A DNA stretch of 61,102 bases from a virus (Duplodnaviria > Caudoviricetes), in the IMG/VR virus record IMGVR_UViG_3300030107_003962, positions 1 through 61,102 of that record. One strand, written 5' to 3'. Position numbers and translations under genes: made by a program. Shown here in pieces: positions 21,175 to 29,391 of the stretch (position 1 is its first letter; every line of letters starts with the position of its first letter). The notes under the pieces are model-generated. The model saw only the letters and a program-made list of their open reading frames with translations. It made no database searches and had not been told where the DNA came from.

Positions 21175-21917
21175 AATTTACCACCTTTATATAATTTATT
21201 CAATGGAGAATCACAAATATCCGAATAGTTACAATACTTACCACACTCCCATTTATAAACCGGAACAATTCCGTTTGTTAGCTTAGGCTCAGTATTTGAG
21301 CCAATATGTTCATTCACAAAATGTCGGGCATTTATCCAATATCTTTCTGCCTCTTGCATAACACTTAGGCTTAACACTTTTTCTTCCATTTTGCTATCGT
21401 TTTTGTTGTAATAGAGCAATCCTAGATGCACTATCTTATCACACAATCCACTTTCAACACTCATACTAGCATAAGTTCCAACTTGTAGTTCGTTGTTAAT
21501 CGTTGGATTCTTATGATTAAATACATTTTTATATTTAAATGAGTTTGCCGTCTTCCAATCATATAGAGAGCCATTACCATCCTCATCTACTATTAATAAA
21601 TCAAGATGACCGGCTACTCCTAGATATTCAGACTTTAATAATGTTTCTTGGTAAAACTTATAATTGGGATTATCTTTTGCTTTCTCATCAATACCTCTTG
21701 CGAAATCTTCTCCCATTATAGTTCCAAGCCTCATTATCCTTAATCCATCAACATCTGCACCCTTTTGTTTTGCTCCTATCTTTCTGTAATAATGCTTTTT
21801 TACACAAAGACCGGAACTTGATGCCTCATACATATCCGGATTATCCTTTGCTCTTTCTAACTTATGCTCCTTGTCTTTTTTAACAAGAAACTCATTATAT
21901 ATTTCAATCGGATTCAT
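21171..21917 (-). CDS. Cas4-like PD-(D/E)xK exonuclease
   Basis: ASSSGLCVKK...GHLDLL...DWKT...QVGTYA...WECGKYCNYSDIC (four-Cys Fe-S staple). Confidence 0.85.
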   Translation of the reverse strand: MNPIEIYNEFLVKKDKEHKLERAKDNPDMYEASSSGLCVKKHYYRKIGAKQKGADVDGLRIMRLGTIMGEDFARGIDEKAKDNPNYKFYQETLLKSEYLGVAGHLDLLIVDEDGNGSLYDWKTANSFKYKNVFNHKNPTINNELQVGTYASMSVESGLCDKIVHLGLLYYNKNDSKMEEKVLSLSVMQEAERYWINARHFVNEHIGSNTEPKLTNGIVPVYKWECGKYCNYSDICDSPLNKLYKGGKL

Positions 21918-22581
21918 TGATTCTCCTATTTTCTATCTTTAATTCTCTTGAGTATTTAGATGAATAGGTTTCTTTGGTTGGGTCGTTCCCAATATCTTTA
22001 TTCCGAACATATCCTCTTAATTTTTGGTGTTCCTTGTGCCTTAGTTTTCTAATAGCCTTTTCTTTAATTTGTCTAACTCTTTCTCTAGTCAAACCAAATT
22101 CTAAGGCGATTCCATCTAAAGTTGTAGGACACTTACCATTAAGACCAAAATGCAATTCTATAACATCCCTCTCTCTATCTTTTAATTTAAAAAGTGAGGC
22201 TTTCATATCTTTTATTAGCGAATCTCTATTGTCAATATCATCTGTGTTGTAATCTGATTCCAACTGCATTACATTTTTTGATGATAGAGATAACATTGAA
22301 TCAATAGGAATATCCTTAGTTATTTTCTTTGGATATCCCTTGCTTTTCTTAATAACCTCTTCATATTGTTCAAACAAGTCATACACATCACAATTTAACA
22401 TTTCTGCTAATTTGGTTTGGTCTTGTGTGCTAATGTTTGTGTGTTTTAAAGATGCAATATGATAAAGAGTTCCAGTTCTAATTCCGGAAACCCTTGACAA
22501 TTCTGCAATAGATTTATATTTACTATTTTCTAATGCATTCATAAAGGTTGCATTTTTAAATCTAATTTCTGCTTTTATCAT
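21904..22581 (-). CDS. XRE-HTH fused to RpoD-like sigma70 region 4
   Basis: N-terminal SIAELSRVSGIRTGTLYHIA; C-terminal LKDRERDVIELHFGL...TLDGIALEFGLTRERVRQIKEKAIRKLRH. Confidence 0.8.
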   Translation of the reverse strand: MIKAEIRFKNATFMNALENSKYKSIAELSRVSGIRTGTLYHIASLKHTNISTQDQTKLAEMLNCDVYDLFEQYEEVIKKSKGYPKKITKDIPIDSMLSLSSKNVMQLESDYNTDDIDNRDSLIKDMKASLFKLKDRERDVIELHFGLNGKCPTTLDGIALEFGLTRERVRQIKEKAIRKLRHKEHQKLRGYVRNKDIGNDPTKETYSSKYSRELKIENRRINESD

Positions 22582-22599
22582 TTGTTCTCCTTTTTATAA

Positions 22600-22866
22600 G
22601 CCAAGGAACTCTTAGTGCGGACGAAAGGACTTAATTTCCAACACACACCTAGAGTTCCCCAACTTTCTCGACGAGTAAACATCCTATCCAAAACACTAGG
22701 ACACCTACCTAATTTTAAGGCGAAGATAGAGTCGCCACCCTACCCCCACCTTGAGTAAGGTGGTAGAATAAATAGCCAACCACTCTCTGATTCCCGAGAT
22801 AAGATTTCAATCATATAAACTAGAGTTGCCTTTCGGGTCTAGTAATATGAACAATCTATCATCAGA
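22600..22866 (-). ncRNA. Candidate structured RNA (five hairpins)
   Basis: Stems at 22786-22866, 22746-22763, 22719-22736, 22677-22706 and 22600-22663; several extend by G-U pairs only on the minus strand. Confidence 0.55.
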
Positions 22867-22868
22867 CC

Positions 22869-23042
22869 CTACTCTTCAGATTTATCGTTGAAATCCTTAA
22901 GCCACTCTACTAACTGAGAATAATCTATTGAGTTTATTTCAATATGATTTCCACTAGTTATGTATGGTTGTGCCTTAAAATATAAATCACAACCCGAGTA
23001 GTCTAAGAATGCTTTTAATGTCTGTGCATCTATCTTAGTCAT
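22869..23042 (-). CDS. 57-aa hypothetical protein (not in track)
   Basis: MTKIDAQTLKAFLDYSGCDLYFKAQPYITSG..., overlaps the rep stop. Confidence 0.65.
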   Translation of the reverse strand: MTKIDAQTLKAFLDYSGCDLYFKAQPYITSGNHIEINSIDYSQLVEWLKDFNDKSEE

Positions 23043-23832
23043 TCATTTTCCATTTGTTAGTTAAGTTACCTACAACATCTTTAAAGTCATCGGGCAATCC
23101 AATTTCTCCATCGTCAAGTTGTTTTTGATACTCTTCTTCTCTTATTCTCTGCTCTTCCATCTGTTTCTTTCTTCTGAGTTCATTTCGTATTTTATCGGTC
23201 TTCTCAACATATGGACTCTTAACCCAATTTCTAAAACCGGCTTGGTAGTCTTTATATCTCTTTCCTTTAGATGCTATATAATCCTTAAACTTATCAAACT
23301 CTAGGGTAACATCTACATCTAAGTATTTCCCTTGTAGTTCATCTAAGAATTCCTTATCTATGCTTTTAAGAGATACATCTTTCTTTACTCTTATTGCCTT
23401 ATCTATTTCTTTATCTATTTCTTTATCTATATCTTGGACTCTTCCGGCACTCTGATTACCACTCTGATTTTGTGCATCATCAAACTCCTCTTGTGAAATA
23501 ACTCCATATTTGATGAGCCTTTTGATACACATAACAATCATTGAAGACTTTTTACTTAGGAAATCCGGATACTGAAAGTCCATAAAGTCTTTAATGTAAA
23601 CCACCTTGTCGTGATTGGTTTCTACTAGTTGATGTTTTAATGCCGGTGGGCATTCCGTTAAAGGAACACCCGTAAGCATTGAACATAATCTCCAATTCAC
23701 ATTCCAAAGTCCCGCCTCGTCGCAATTATCAAGTAGATAAAGCCATACTAGTTTATCGTTAATCTCAAGCGAGAGAAACCACTCTTTCTCCCACTTAAGA
23801 ATATCAGTAAACCTCTTTTTAACTCTCTGCAT
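23035..23832 (-). CDS. Phage replication initiator (replisome organiser-like)
   Basis: N-terminal KRFTD..KW..WF..L....KLVWLYLLDNCD.AGLW winged helix, central DIDKEIDKEIDK iteron-encoded linker, C-terminal EFDKFKDY..SKGKRYKDYQAGFRNW. Confidence 0.8.
   Translation of the reverse strand: MQRVKKRFTDILKWEKEWFLSLEINDKLVWLYLLDNCDEAGLWNVNWRLCSMLTGVPLTECPPALKHQLVETNHDKVVYIKDFMDFQYPDFLSKKSSMIVMCIKRLIKYGVISQEEFDDAQNQSGNQSAGRVQDIDKEIDKEIDKAIRVKKDVSLKSIDKEFLDELQGKYLDVDVTLEFDKFKDYIASKGKRYKDYQAGFRNWVKSPYVEKTDKIRNELRRKKQMEEQRIREEEYQKQLDDGEIGLPDDFKDVVGNLTNKWKMND
23394..23466. repeat. Iteron block / likely replication origin inside rep
   Basis: Three 12-bp repeats TTATCTAT(T/A)TCT plus two CACTCTGATT; intragenic ori as in lambda O-type initiators. 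Confidence 0.6.
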
Positions 23833-24251
23833 TAAAAGGGTATGTCCTCTTTAGATACTGCCGGTGTTCCAATAGTATCTTCAAGAGCCTTAATCCTTTT
23901 TTCTAGCTCTGCGACCTTATCAGTTGTAGGGGATGTAGCCGGACTAGGTGCTTGTGGAGTGGTTGGTATTGTAGCACCATTAAAGTCATCAATGGTTTTT
24001 CCATTAACCTCAAAAACCATAAATACTTTCCCTTGAATATCCTCTTTCTTTTTCTTTCTTATTGAAAGAACATCTCCCTCTTTAACACCACTTGCTTTTA
24101 ACAAGGTGTTGAATTGCTCGGTAGCATAAAACACATCATCTGCATTGCATTCCCACTTATATTGTGTTCCATAATCTCCGGTTACTGCAACTCCGGTATC
24201 TGATTTCATTTTACAAGTCATTATATCTTCATTGAATTTAAGTATAGCCAT
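23832..24251 (-). CDS. ssb: Single-stranded DNA-binding protein
   Basis: C-terminal EDIPF tail after a Pro/Thr linker; lies between the annealase and rep; start MAILKF at 24251. Confidence 0.65.
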   Translation of the reverse strand: MAILKFNEDIMTCKMKSDTGVAVTGDYGTQYKWECNADDVFYATEQFNTLLKASGVKEGDVLSIRKKKKEDIQGKVFMVFEVNGKTIDDFNGATIPTTPQAPSPATSPTTDKVAELEKRIKALEDTIGTPAVSKEDIPF

Positions 24252-24253
24252 TT

Positions 24254-24700
24254 CTATTGTTCTCCTTTTGGTAGGTCTTCTCCGGCATATATGTATGCTC
24301 CTAATCCAAACATACTTATACACTTAACAAGACATCTCATTTTAGTATCTGATATTGCCCTAGCCGGTGGTTTAGGAATAGCATTGTTACGATAATCCAT
24401 AACCGGTAGCCACATTACTCTCTGATTTCCATCTATATCCATTGTGCATTCCACCATACAAGTCCCATCTGAATAATAACAGACATCTTTCTCGTTTGAA
24501 TGTTCTCCACAATTGAACATAGTGAATTCGTATTTTGCTTGAGGGTAGTATTTCATTAATGTATCCCAAGCCCAAGCCCAAGATAAGTAAGTTAATCCAC
24601 CCTTTTCTTCGGTGTGTTCATTTACATTTACATTAGATAAAGTTTCCCAAATCTCTTTAAATGTAACTCCCTCTACTGCTTTTTCTTTCTTTTCACTCAT
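24254..24700 (-). CDS. Sak3/DUF1071 single-strand annealing protein
   Basis: LTYLSWAWAW...MWLPVMDYRN...MRCLVKCISMFGLGAYIYAGEDLP. Confidence 0.9.
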   Translation of the reverse strand: MSEKKEKAVEGVTFKEIWETLSNVNVNEHTEEKGGLTYLSWAWAWDTLMKYYPQAKYEFTMFNCGEHSNEKDVCYYSDGTCMVECTMDIDGNQRVMWLPVMDYRNNAIPKPPARAISDTKMRCLVKCISMFGLGAYIYAGEDLPKGEQ

Positions 24701-24869
24701 TTGATTCTCCTATGATTGATTTGATTTTAGTTTTAATTGACTCTGTAACCACTCTGTCTTCAGAGAGGATAAGGGATAAGTATGACTCCGATATACCTAT
24801 CTTATTAGCCAACCATACTTGTTTAACCCCATTCTTCTCTATAAACTCTCTTAAATCATCAACTATCAT
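24693..24869 (-). CDS. 58-aa Cro/XRE-type HTH regulator (not in track), probably leaderless
   Basis: MIVDDLREFIEKNGVKQVWLANKIGISESYLSLILSEDR... Confidence 0.8.
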   Translation of the reverse strand: MIVDDLREFIEKNGVKQVWLANKIGISESYLSLILSEDRVVTESIKTKIKSIIGESNE

Positions 24870-24875
24870 ATTGTA

Positions 24876-24904
24876 AAATTACATCTGTAAAATATTCTTT
24901 ACAA
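24876..24904 (-). promoter_or_regulatory. Sigma70-like promoter for the Cro-like gene and replication operon
   Basis: TTGTAA-N17-TAATTT, 6 nt before the ATG. Confidence 0.6.
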
Positions 24905-24912
24905 GTATTATG

Positions 24913-24941
24913 TTACACCCACCAAATATCTTTTGTATATT
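24913..24941 (+). promoter_or_regulatory. Divergent sigma70-like promoter for the acidic ORF
   Basis: TTACAC-N17-TATATT, 6 nt before ATG 24948. Confidence 0.55.
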
Positions 24942-24947
24942 ATAACA

Positions 24948-25163
24948 ATGACAAAAGGTAAAAAAACATATATTTTACGAATTGAATTTGATGATGCTAC
25001 TGATGAAATCTCCTCTATTTATGAAAAGTTAGACCTAGATGACAATGAATATGATATTAGCTGTCTATCCGAAGATGAAGACCTTTATTTTTGCCTATCC
25101 GACCACCTAACTGAAGAGGAAATAGAGTTAATACGAGGTGCTACTGATGTAGGTTTTGCTTAG
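24948..25163 (+). CDS. 71-aa very acidic protein, the only plus-strand gene I accept in the early arm
   Basis: MTKGKKTYILRIEFDDATDEISSIYEKLDLDDNEYD...; occupies an otherwise empty gap and has its own promoter. Confidence 0.7.
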   Translation: MTKGKKTYILRIEFDDATDEISSIYEKLDLDDNEYDISCLSEDEDLYFCLSDHLTEEEIELIRGATDVGFA

Positions 25164-25308
25164 ATTTAGCTACAAACACTTTCATTAGACTTACTATTGC
25201 ATTTTTAACATTCTTAAAGCCGGACGAATAAACTGCCGATTTAAATTCATTATATAATGTTTCATCAAGTCCTCTGATGTTCATTGCTCTCCCTTTATCT
25301 TTTTCCAT
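25141..25308 (-). CDS. 55-aa ribbon-helix-helix (Arc-like) protein (not in track)
   Basis: AMNIRGLDETLYNEFKSAV...VKNAIVSLMKVFV matches the RHH pattern. Confidence 0.6.
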   Translation of the reverse strand: MEKDKGRAMNIRGLDETLYNEFKSAVYSSGFKNVKNAIVSLMKVFVAKSKQNLHQ

Positions 25309-25510
25309 TGGTTTCCCCCATTTCTATTTTTGGTATTTGTTTTGCTCCAAAGACATCTACATAGATACTTATAACATCCTCATCTTCCATCTCTCTGTAT
25401 CCACTAGTTCCAAAAAGTAGGATGTTAGATAAGTCGCTACGACCTAAGTTATCTGCCTCATATAAAGCAAGTTCTTCTCTCATTTTTTCGTAATCCGGTA
25501 TTCTAGCCAT
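25295..25510 (-). CDS. Hypothetical protein (71 aa)
   Basis: RBS AAGGAGA; own promoter. Confidence 0.7.
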   Translation of the reverse strand: MARIPDYEKMREELALYEADNLGRSDLSNILLFGTSGYREMEDEDVISIYVDVFGAKQIPKIEMGETNGKR

Positions 25511-25524
25511 AATATCTCCTTTGT

Positions 25525-25553
25525 AATATATGTAACATTAGATACAAATACAA
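25525..25553 (-). promoter_or_regulatory. Sigma70-like promoter
   Basis: TTGTAT-N17-TATATT, with TGTTACA in the spacer. Confidence 0.55.
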
Positions 25554-25880
25554 CTATTGTCTATTAGGTGTTATATTGGGCATTACACTTGATTTGAGAA
25601 ATACCTCATTGGGAAAGCTAGGATGAGTTTCAGTTTCTCCGGTGTGTTCTATAAATAAAGCACCACCATCGTTACCCTCATCATCTTGTTGAGGATATAT
25701 TCTCCACCCATTATCAAGAGTCATTACAATAGGTATTTTATACCAATCAAGATGATTTGCAAGGTCATCAGACATATACTCAACCTTAACAATAGTTCTT
25801 CCTTTTAGTTTATCACTTGCCTCTTGATTCCAATATCTTCTGATTTCATTTGGCTCTATACTTTTTAGTTTATTGCTCAT
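25554..25880 (-). CDS. Hypothetical phage protein
   Basis: LKGRTIVKVEYM...IYPQQDDEGNDGGAL; strong RBS. Confidence 0.75.
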   Translation of the reverse strand: MSNKLKSIEPNEIRRYWNQEASDKLKGRTIVKVEYMSDDLANHLDWYKIPIVMTLDNGWRIYPQQDDEGNDGGALFIEHTGETETHPSFPNEVFLKSSVMPNITPNRQ

Positions 25881-26037
25881 TTGATTTCTCCTTTATTATT
25901 GTTATGACCTCATCATCTTGTAGGTCTATATTATATTCATCTTTATAGGATGCTTTTAAGAGTGATACAAACTCCTCTTCACTATTTGCATCCATATCTA
26001 CACCCCATTCTATCCTCACATCTGCATAGAATCTCAT
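25870..26037 (-). CDS. 55-aa acidic hypothetical protein (not in track)
   Basis: MRFYADVRIEWGVDMDANSEEEF..., RBS AGGAGA. Confidence 0.65.
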   Translation of the reverse strand: MRFYADVRIEWGVDMDANSEEEFVSLLKASYKDEYNIDLQDDEVITIIKEKSNEQ

Positions 26038-26204
26038 TAGATATTCTCCTTTCTGTATTTAGGTTTGAGTTCTCCCAACACATAGAGCAATGAATGTATA
26101 TAACCAAATAATGCCCACTTGTCAAGTTCATCATACCAATCCTTATTTTCTTTCATTGTTTGTGCTATTGCTAGTTGGTTTCTTATTTCATTTTCTGTTA
26201 TCAT
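26037..26204 (-). CDS. 55-aa hypothetical protein (not in track)
   Basis: MITENEIRNQL...YIHSLLYVLGE; ATGA coupling. Confidence 0.65.
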   Translation of the reverse strand: MITENEIRNQLAIAQTMKENKDWYDELDKWALFGYIHSLLYVLGELKPKYRKENI

Positions 26205-26452
26205 AGTATTTTCCCCCTATATATGTAACGAGTCCAATTAGAGTCAGAGTCCGATTCTCTCTTGCTCTCTATGTCATACCCATCATCACGAAGATTATAT
26301 ATAATAGCCGACAATCTAGTTGCTCTATAAAGTTGGATAGCATCCCAAGATGTTATGCTCCCCTCTCTTTGAAGATGCATCAAGACCTTACCGGTTTTTG
26401 TTTTCGGCTCTTCGTTACGAGTTTCTCCAATAGTAAACTGATAGTTTGTCAT
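26201..26452 (-). CDS. Winged HTH protein (HTH_39-like)
   Basis: KVLMHLQREGSITSWDAIQLYRATRLSAIIYNLRDDGYDIES. Confidence 0.8.
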   Translation of the reverse strand: MTNYQFTIGETRNEEPKTKTGKVLMHLQREGSITSWDAIQLYRATRLSAIIYNLRDDGYDIESKRESDSDSNWTRYIYRGKIL

Positions 26453-26463
26453 TTGTTTCTCCT

Positions 26464-26673
26464 TTACCATAATGGTTTGTTTTTCTTTTTACTCCTTTGT
26501 CTGTTTAACTTAAGCATACAGATTTTACAGATGGATGCAGTAGTGTAATATTCATCTAGCTTTCTTACTTTCTTGCACTTATTACAAAACTTACCACCAT
26601 CTCTAAATCTGCTTTTGTATTTTTTAGATACCTCTATGTGATTACCACCCTTTGATTTTTCTATTTTTGTCAT
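26464..26673 (-). CDS. Small Zn-finger protein
   Basis: KFCNKCKKVRKLDEYY...CKIC. Confidence 0.6.
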   Translation of the reverse strand: MTKIEKSKGGNHIEVSKKYKSRFRDGGKFCNKCKKVRKLDEYYTTASICKICMLKLNRQRSKKKNKPLW

Positions 26674-26677
26674 TTCA

Positions 26678-26986
26678 TTAAAACCTCGCTTTGTGGCTAT
26701 TATAACATAGTTCAGATATCTCTTCATTTTTAAAGAGCATCTCTAGTTTCTCCTCTGCTTGTTCAAGATTGAGTTCTCCATCTTCAAATAACTCCTCGTC
26801 AGACAACTCTCTCTCTGCCTCAATGCTATCTGCATACTCACAACACTCATTATATATTTTCTTATCTTTAACCTCTACCCAATCGCAGAAATTCTGATAC
26901 CAAAATAATAACATATCTAACTTTTCTTGCACTTTAGCATTTTCTGTAAGTTGTTGCATATCTATCTTATTTCTTACCTTGCTCAT
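26678..26986 (-). CDS. Hypothetical acidic protein
   Basis: RBS GAAAGGAG. Confidence 0.7.
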   Translation of the reverse strand: MSKVRNKIDMQQLTENAKVQEKLDMLLFWYQNFCDWVEVKDKKIYNECCEYADSIEAERELSDEELFEDGELNLEQAEEKLEMLFKNEEISELCYNSHKARF

Positions 26987-27122
26987 AATACTCCTTTCGT
27001 GTCATTTTTGTTAGCTTTACCCTTTCCATATCTCTTAGTTGTGGAAGACTATCCCAATCATAGCCTAAATCATAGCCACAATCATCAAGCCAATCCCAAC
27101 AAGCATCTTTTATTCTACCCAT
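26967..27122 (-). CDS. 51-aa hypothetical protein (not in track)
   Basis: MGRIKDACWDWLDDCGYDLGYDWDSLP...; TAATG coupling. Confidence 0.65.
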   Translation of the reverse strand: MGRIKDACWDWLDDCGYDLGYDWDSLPQLRDMERVKLTKMTRKEYYEQGKK

Positions 27123-27871
27123 TATAAGTCCATCCCAAGCACTTTAGCACTCTGAGTATTTCTTTCCGGATAGTCTACACTAACTAGATTCTCGGATACT
27201 CTACCAAACTGAGCAACCGGTCTGCCAACGAATGCCTCACTCTCTTCTTCTACACTCATACAGAATTGTAAGAATGGGTATTTCTCTGTTGCTTTCTGTA
27301 GCCAATCCATTGGTGGCGACCAAGCAGTATTGAATTGGATTTGTATCATTAAATCCTCATCATCTCTATCTGCTATGTAGCTTTCAGAGGCATCCCATTT
27401 AGTCCCCCAATTAGCACAAGACCAACCATACCAATCCTTATACCCATACTTTTTTATATTATCAAGAGCAATTCGTCCCTCTTTCAAGGAATCTTCCCAA
27501 TCATCTCCATTCTGTCTACTAGCTAGGTATTTACAAGCCTCATCTCTTCTCACATCTTCATTCATTCTTTGTATCTTATCATTCATCCACCCATAGCTAA
27601 GTATCTCATCTATCCTCTCGGGATTTCCATTTTCCAACCAATCAATGTAAGCCATTCCTTGCTCGGTAGATGTTCCACTTGTTATCATTAGAGATTTAGG
27701 CATAGGACACACTCCACCAAGTGTGAAATACTCGTCGCCCTCTTTATCTTTCTTGAAAGATTTCTTGACAAAGTCCTTGTATTGCTTTACTGCATCTTTC
27801 TTTTCCTTGTCGTTATCTAGTTGATACTCCATTGGTCTAACTTCTAGTGTATTAAATGTCCAATTAGGCAT
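27122..27871 (-). CDS. DUF1281/Api92-like ferredoxin-fold protein
   Basis: MPNWTFNTL...WYGWSCANWGTKWD...FNTAWSPP. Confidence 0.85.
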   Translation of the reverse strand: MPNWTFNTLEVRPMEYQLDNDKEKKDAVKQYKDFVKKSFKKDKEGDEYFTLGGVCPMPKSLMITSGTSTEQGMAYIDWLENGNPERIDEILSYGWMNDKIQRMNEDVRRDEACKYLASRQNGDDWEDSLKEGRIALDNIKKYGYKDWYGWSCANWGTKWDASESYIADRDDEDLMIQIQFNTAWSPPMDWLQKATEKYPFLQFCMSVEEESEAFVGRPVAQFGRVSENLVSVDYPERNTQSAKVLGMDL

Positions 27872-28214
27872 TTGTTATCTCCTTTATTTTATTATATTCA
27901 CTTGCCGGTATTAACTTTCTACCACCATTGTCTAGGTAATCTTCCAACCAAGACACCTCTCCACCGGTTTGCAATCTCCACATAGCAAACTTTGGTATGT
28001 TATCGTTGTGTATATAAAACAGAACATCATTTCTCCCACCGGTGTTCTCATCTCCCTTATCTGCTCTTGTTTTATATTCTGTTATGTATTTAACTTTAAA
28101 GTTCATCTCCTTATCAAGATACCTTTCAAAGTTATTTATCTCATCTAGGCTTGGTGTGTCAGATTCAGATAATAACAATCCTCTCCACACTACGACTTGT
28201 TTATAGTTACTCAT
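27864..28214 (-). CDS. Hypothetical phage protein
   Basis: TGGRNDVLFYIH..IPKFA..RL...WLED; RBS present. Confidence 0.7.
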   Translation of the reverse strand: MSNYKQVVVWRGLLLSESDTPSLDEINNFERYLDKEMNFKVKYITEYKTRADKGDENTGGRNDVLFYIHNDNIPKFAMWRLQTGGEVSWLEDYLDNGGRKLIPASEYNKIKEITNA

Positions 28215-28653
28215 TCTCATTCTCCTTTGTTGTTTCTTCTGAACTATCCTCTTCTTTAGGCTCTTCCTCTTTAGGTGTCAAGTCATCATATACACAATCC
28301 CTAACCTCTGTTTCATCTAGGGAAAATGTATCGTCCTTACCAACCAACAAGATATTAATCTCATCTGTATAATCATTTACATCAATGTATGGCTCATCAT
28401 TATACATATAGATATTATCAAGTTGTAGTTGAACTGCATTTAGTGTTAGGTCTATGATGTGATTTGTTTCTGCACTTAACCCATCATTATTACCACTCCT
28501 CATAGCAACTATCTTATTCTTCAGTAAAGAGCAATCTTGCGACTCTGTGTCCATACCCATTATATAATGTAGTTCTCTAATAAACTTTCTACTATTGTCC
28601 AACTCTTCCATAACATCTGATATTTCATTGTGTAACTCTTTTATTGCTTTCAT
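28207..28653 (-). CDS. Hypothetical acidic protein
   Basis: RBS AGGAGAATCAAATG. Confidence 0.75.
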   Translation of the reverse strand: MKAIKELHNEISDVMEELDNSRKFIRELHYIMGMDTESQDCSLLKNKIVAMRSGNNDGLSAETNHIIDLTLNAVQLQLDNIYMYNDEPYIDVNDYTDEINILLVGKDDTFSLDETEVRDCVYDDLTPKEEEPKEEDSSEETTKENENE

Positions 28654-28666
28654 TTGATTCTCCTTA

Positions 28667-29038
28667 TTATTTATTTAACATATCATTTATTTGTTGCTCT
28701 GTGTGGTCGTCCTCAAGACAATCCACACACACATCTTCACTCCCATCTGAACAATCTACATAGTCATCTACTATATCTGTTTGAGATTCATCTTCTCCAC
28801 ATCTATCACAGACAACCACATCTACCTCATTTGGTGTTATTATATCTCCCCACACATTACTCCACATATACTCATTCCAACATTCAATATCTCCACATAT
28901 AACACCCCCACTATGAGCAGTTGATGATAGTTCAGTTTCTTCTGAATTTGCTCCACAATGGTCGCATTGAGGTAATTCATCATTCCAATCCCAAAGCATA
29001 CCACCACACGACCACTCATTTCTCTTTACTATCGCCAT
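28667..29038 (-). CDS. Acidic multi-CxxC Zn-binding protein
   Basis: CDHC, C-x4-C, CDRC, CVDC. Confidence 0.7.
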   Translation of the reverse strand: MAIVKRNEWSCGGMLWDWNDELPQCDHCGANSEETELSSTAHSGGVICGDIECWNEYMWSNVWGDIITPNEVDVVVCDRCGEDESQTDIVDDYVDCSDGSEDVCVDCLEDDHTEQQINDMLNK

Positions 29039-29190
29039 TCTTCTCTCCTTTCCGGTTTAGTCATATCTATACCGATTTTCTTTTCTATGTTCTCTATTCT
29101 ATTTAATAATATATGGTCGGCTTCTCGCATCTCTTTAACCACTTGCCTTAAAGCCGGTTTCAAGTTAGCATTAATCCATTCTTTATCCAT
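29029..29190 (-). CDS. Small coiled-coil hypothetical protein
   Basis: Start MDKEWINANL via TAATG coupling. Confidence 0.6.
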   Translation of the reverse strand: MDKEWINANLKPALRQVVKEMREADHILLNRIENIEKKIGIDMTKPERREEWR

Positions 29191-29390
29191 TATTCTTCCC
29201 TCGCTATCTTGATTACACCATCTAGTCGCTTTTGCTTTTCGTCTTCGGATAACTCGTCCCAATCACTAGGGAAATCAAGCATTCCGGTAGCCTCAAACAT
29301 TCTCTTCTTCCAATCGTTCTTTTCTTTTTGATTATCACATAATAACTCTCCAAATAAAGCTACCATTGATGTTGTTTTTAATTCACTCAT
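29190..29390 (-). CDS. Hypothetical protein (66 aa)
   Basis: KEKNDWKKRM...FPSDWDELSEDEKQKRLD. Confidence 0.7.
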   Translation of the reverse strand: MSELKTTSMVALFGELLCDNQKEKNDWKKRMFEATGMLDFPSDWDELSEDEKQKRLDGVIKIAREE

Positions 29391-29391
29391 A

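Noticed and set aside
21171-21917. Cas4 as evidence of a CRISPR system
   Set aside because: No repeat-spacer array or other cas genes are present. Solo Cas4-like nucleases are routine phage recombination exonucleases.
22800-22868. Hammerhead ribozyme (CUGAUGA...GAAA on the minus strand)
   Set aside because: I could not build stems I-III with a correctly placed NUH cleavage site, and CUGAU is used in a long hairpin instead. A cmscan run would settle it.
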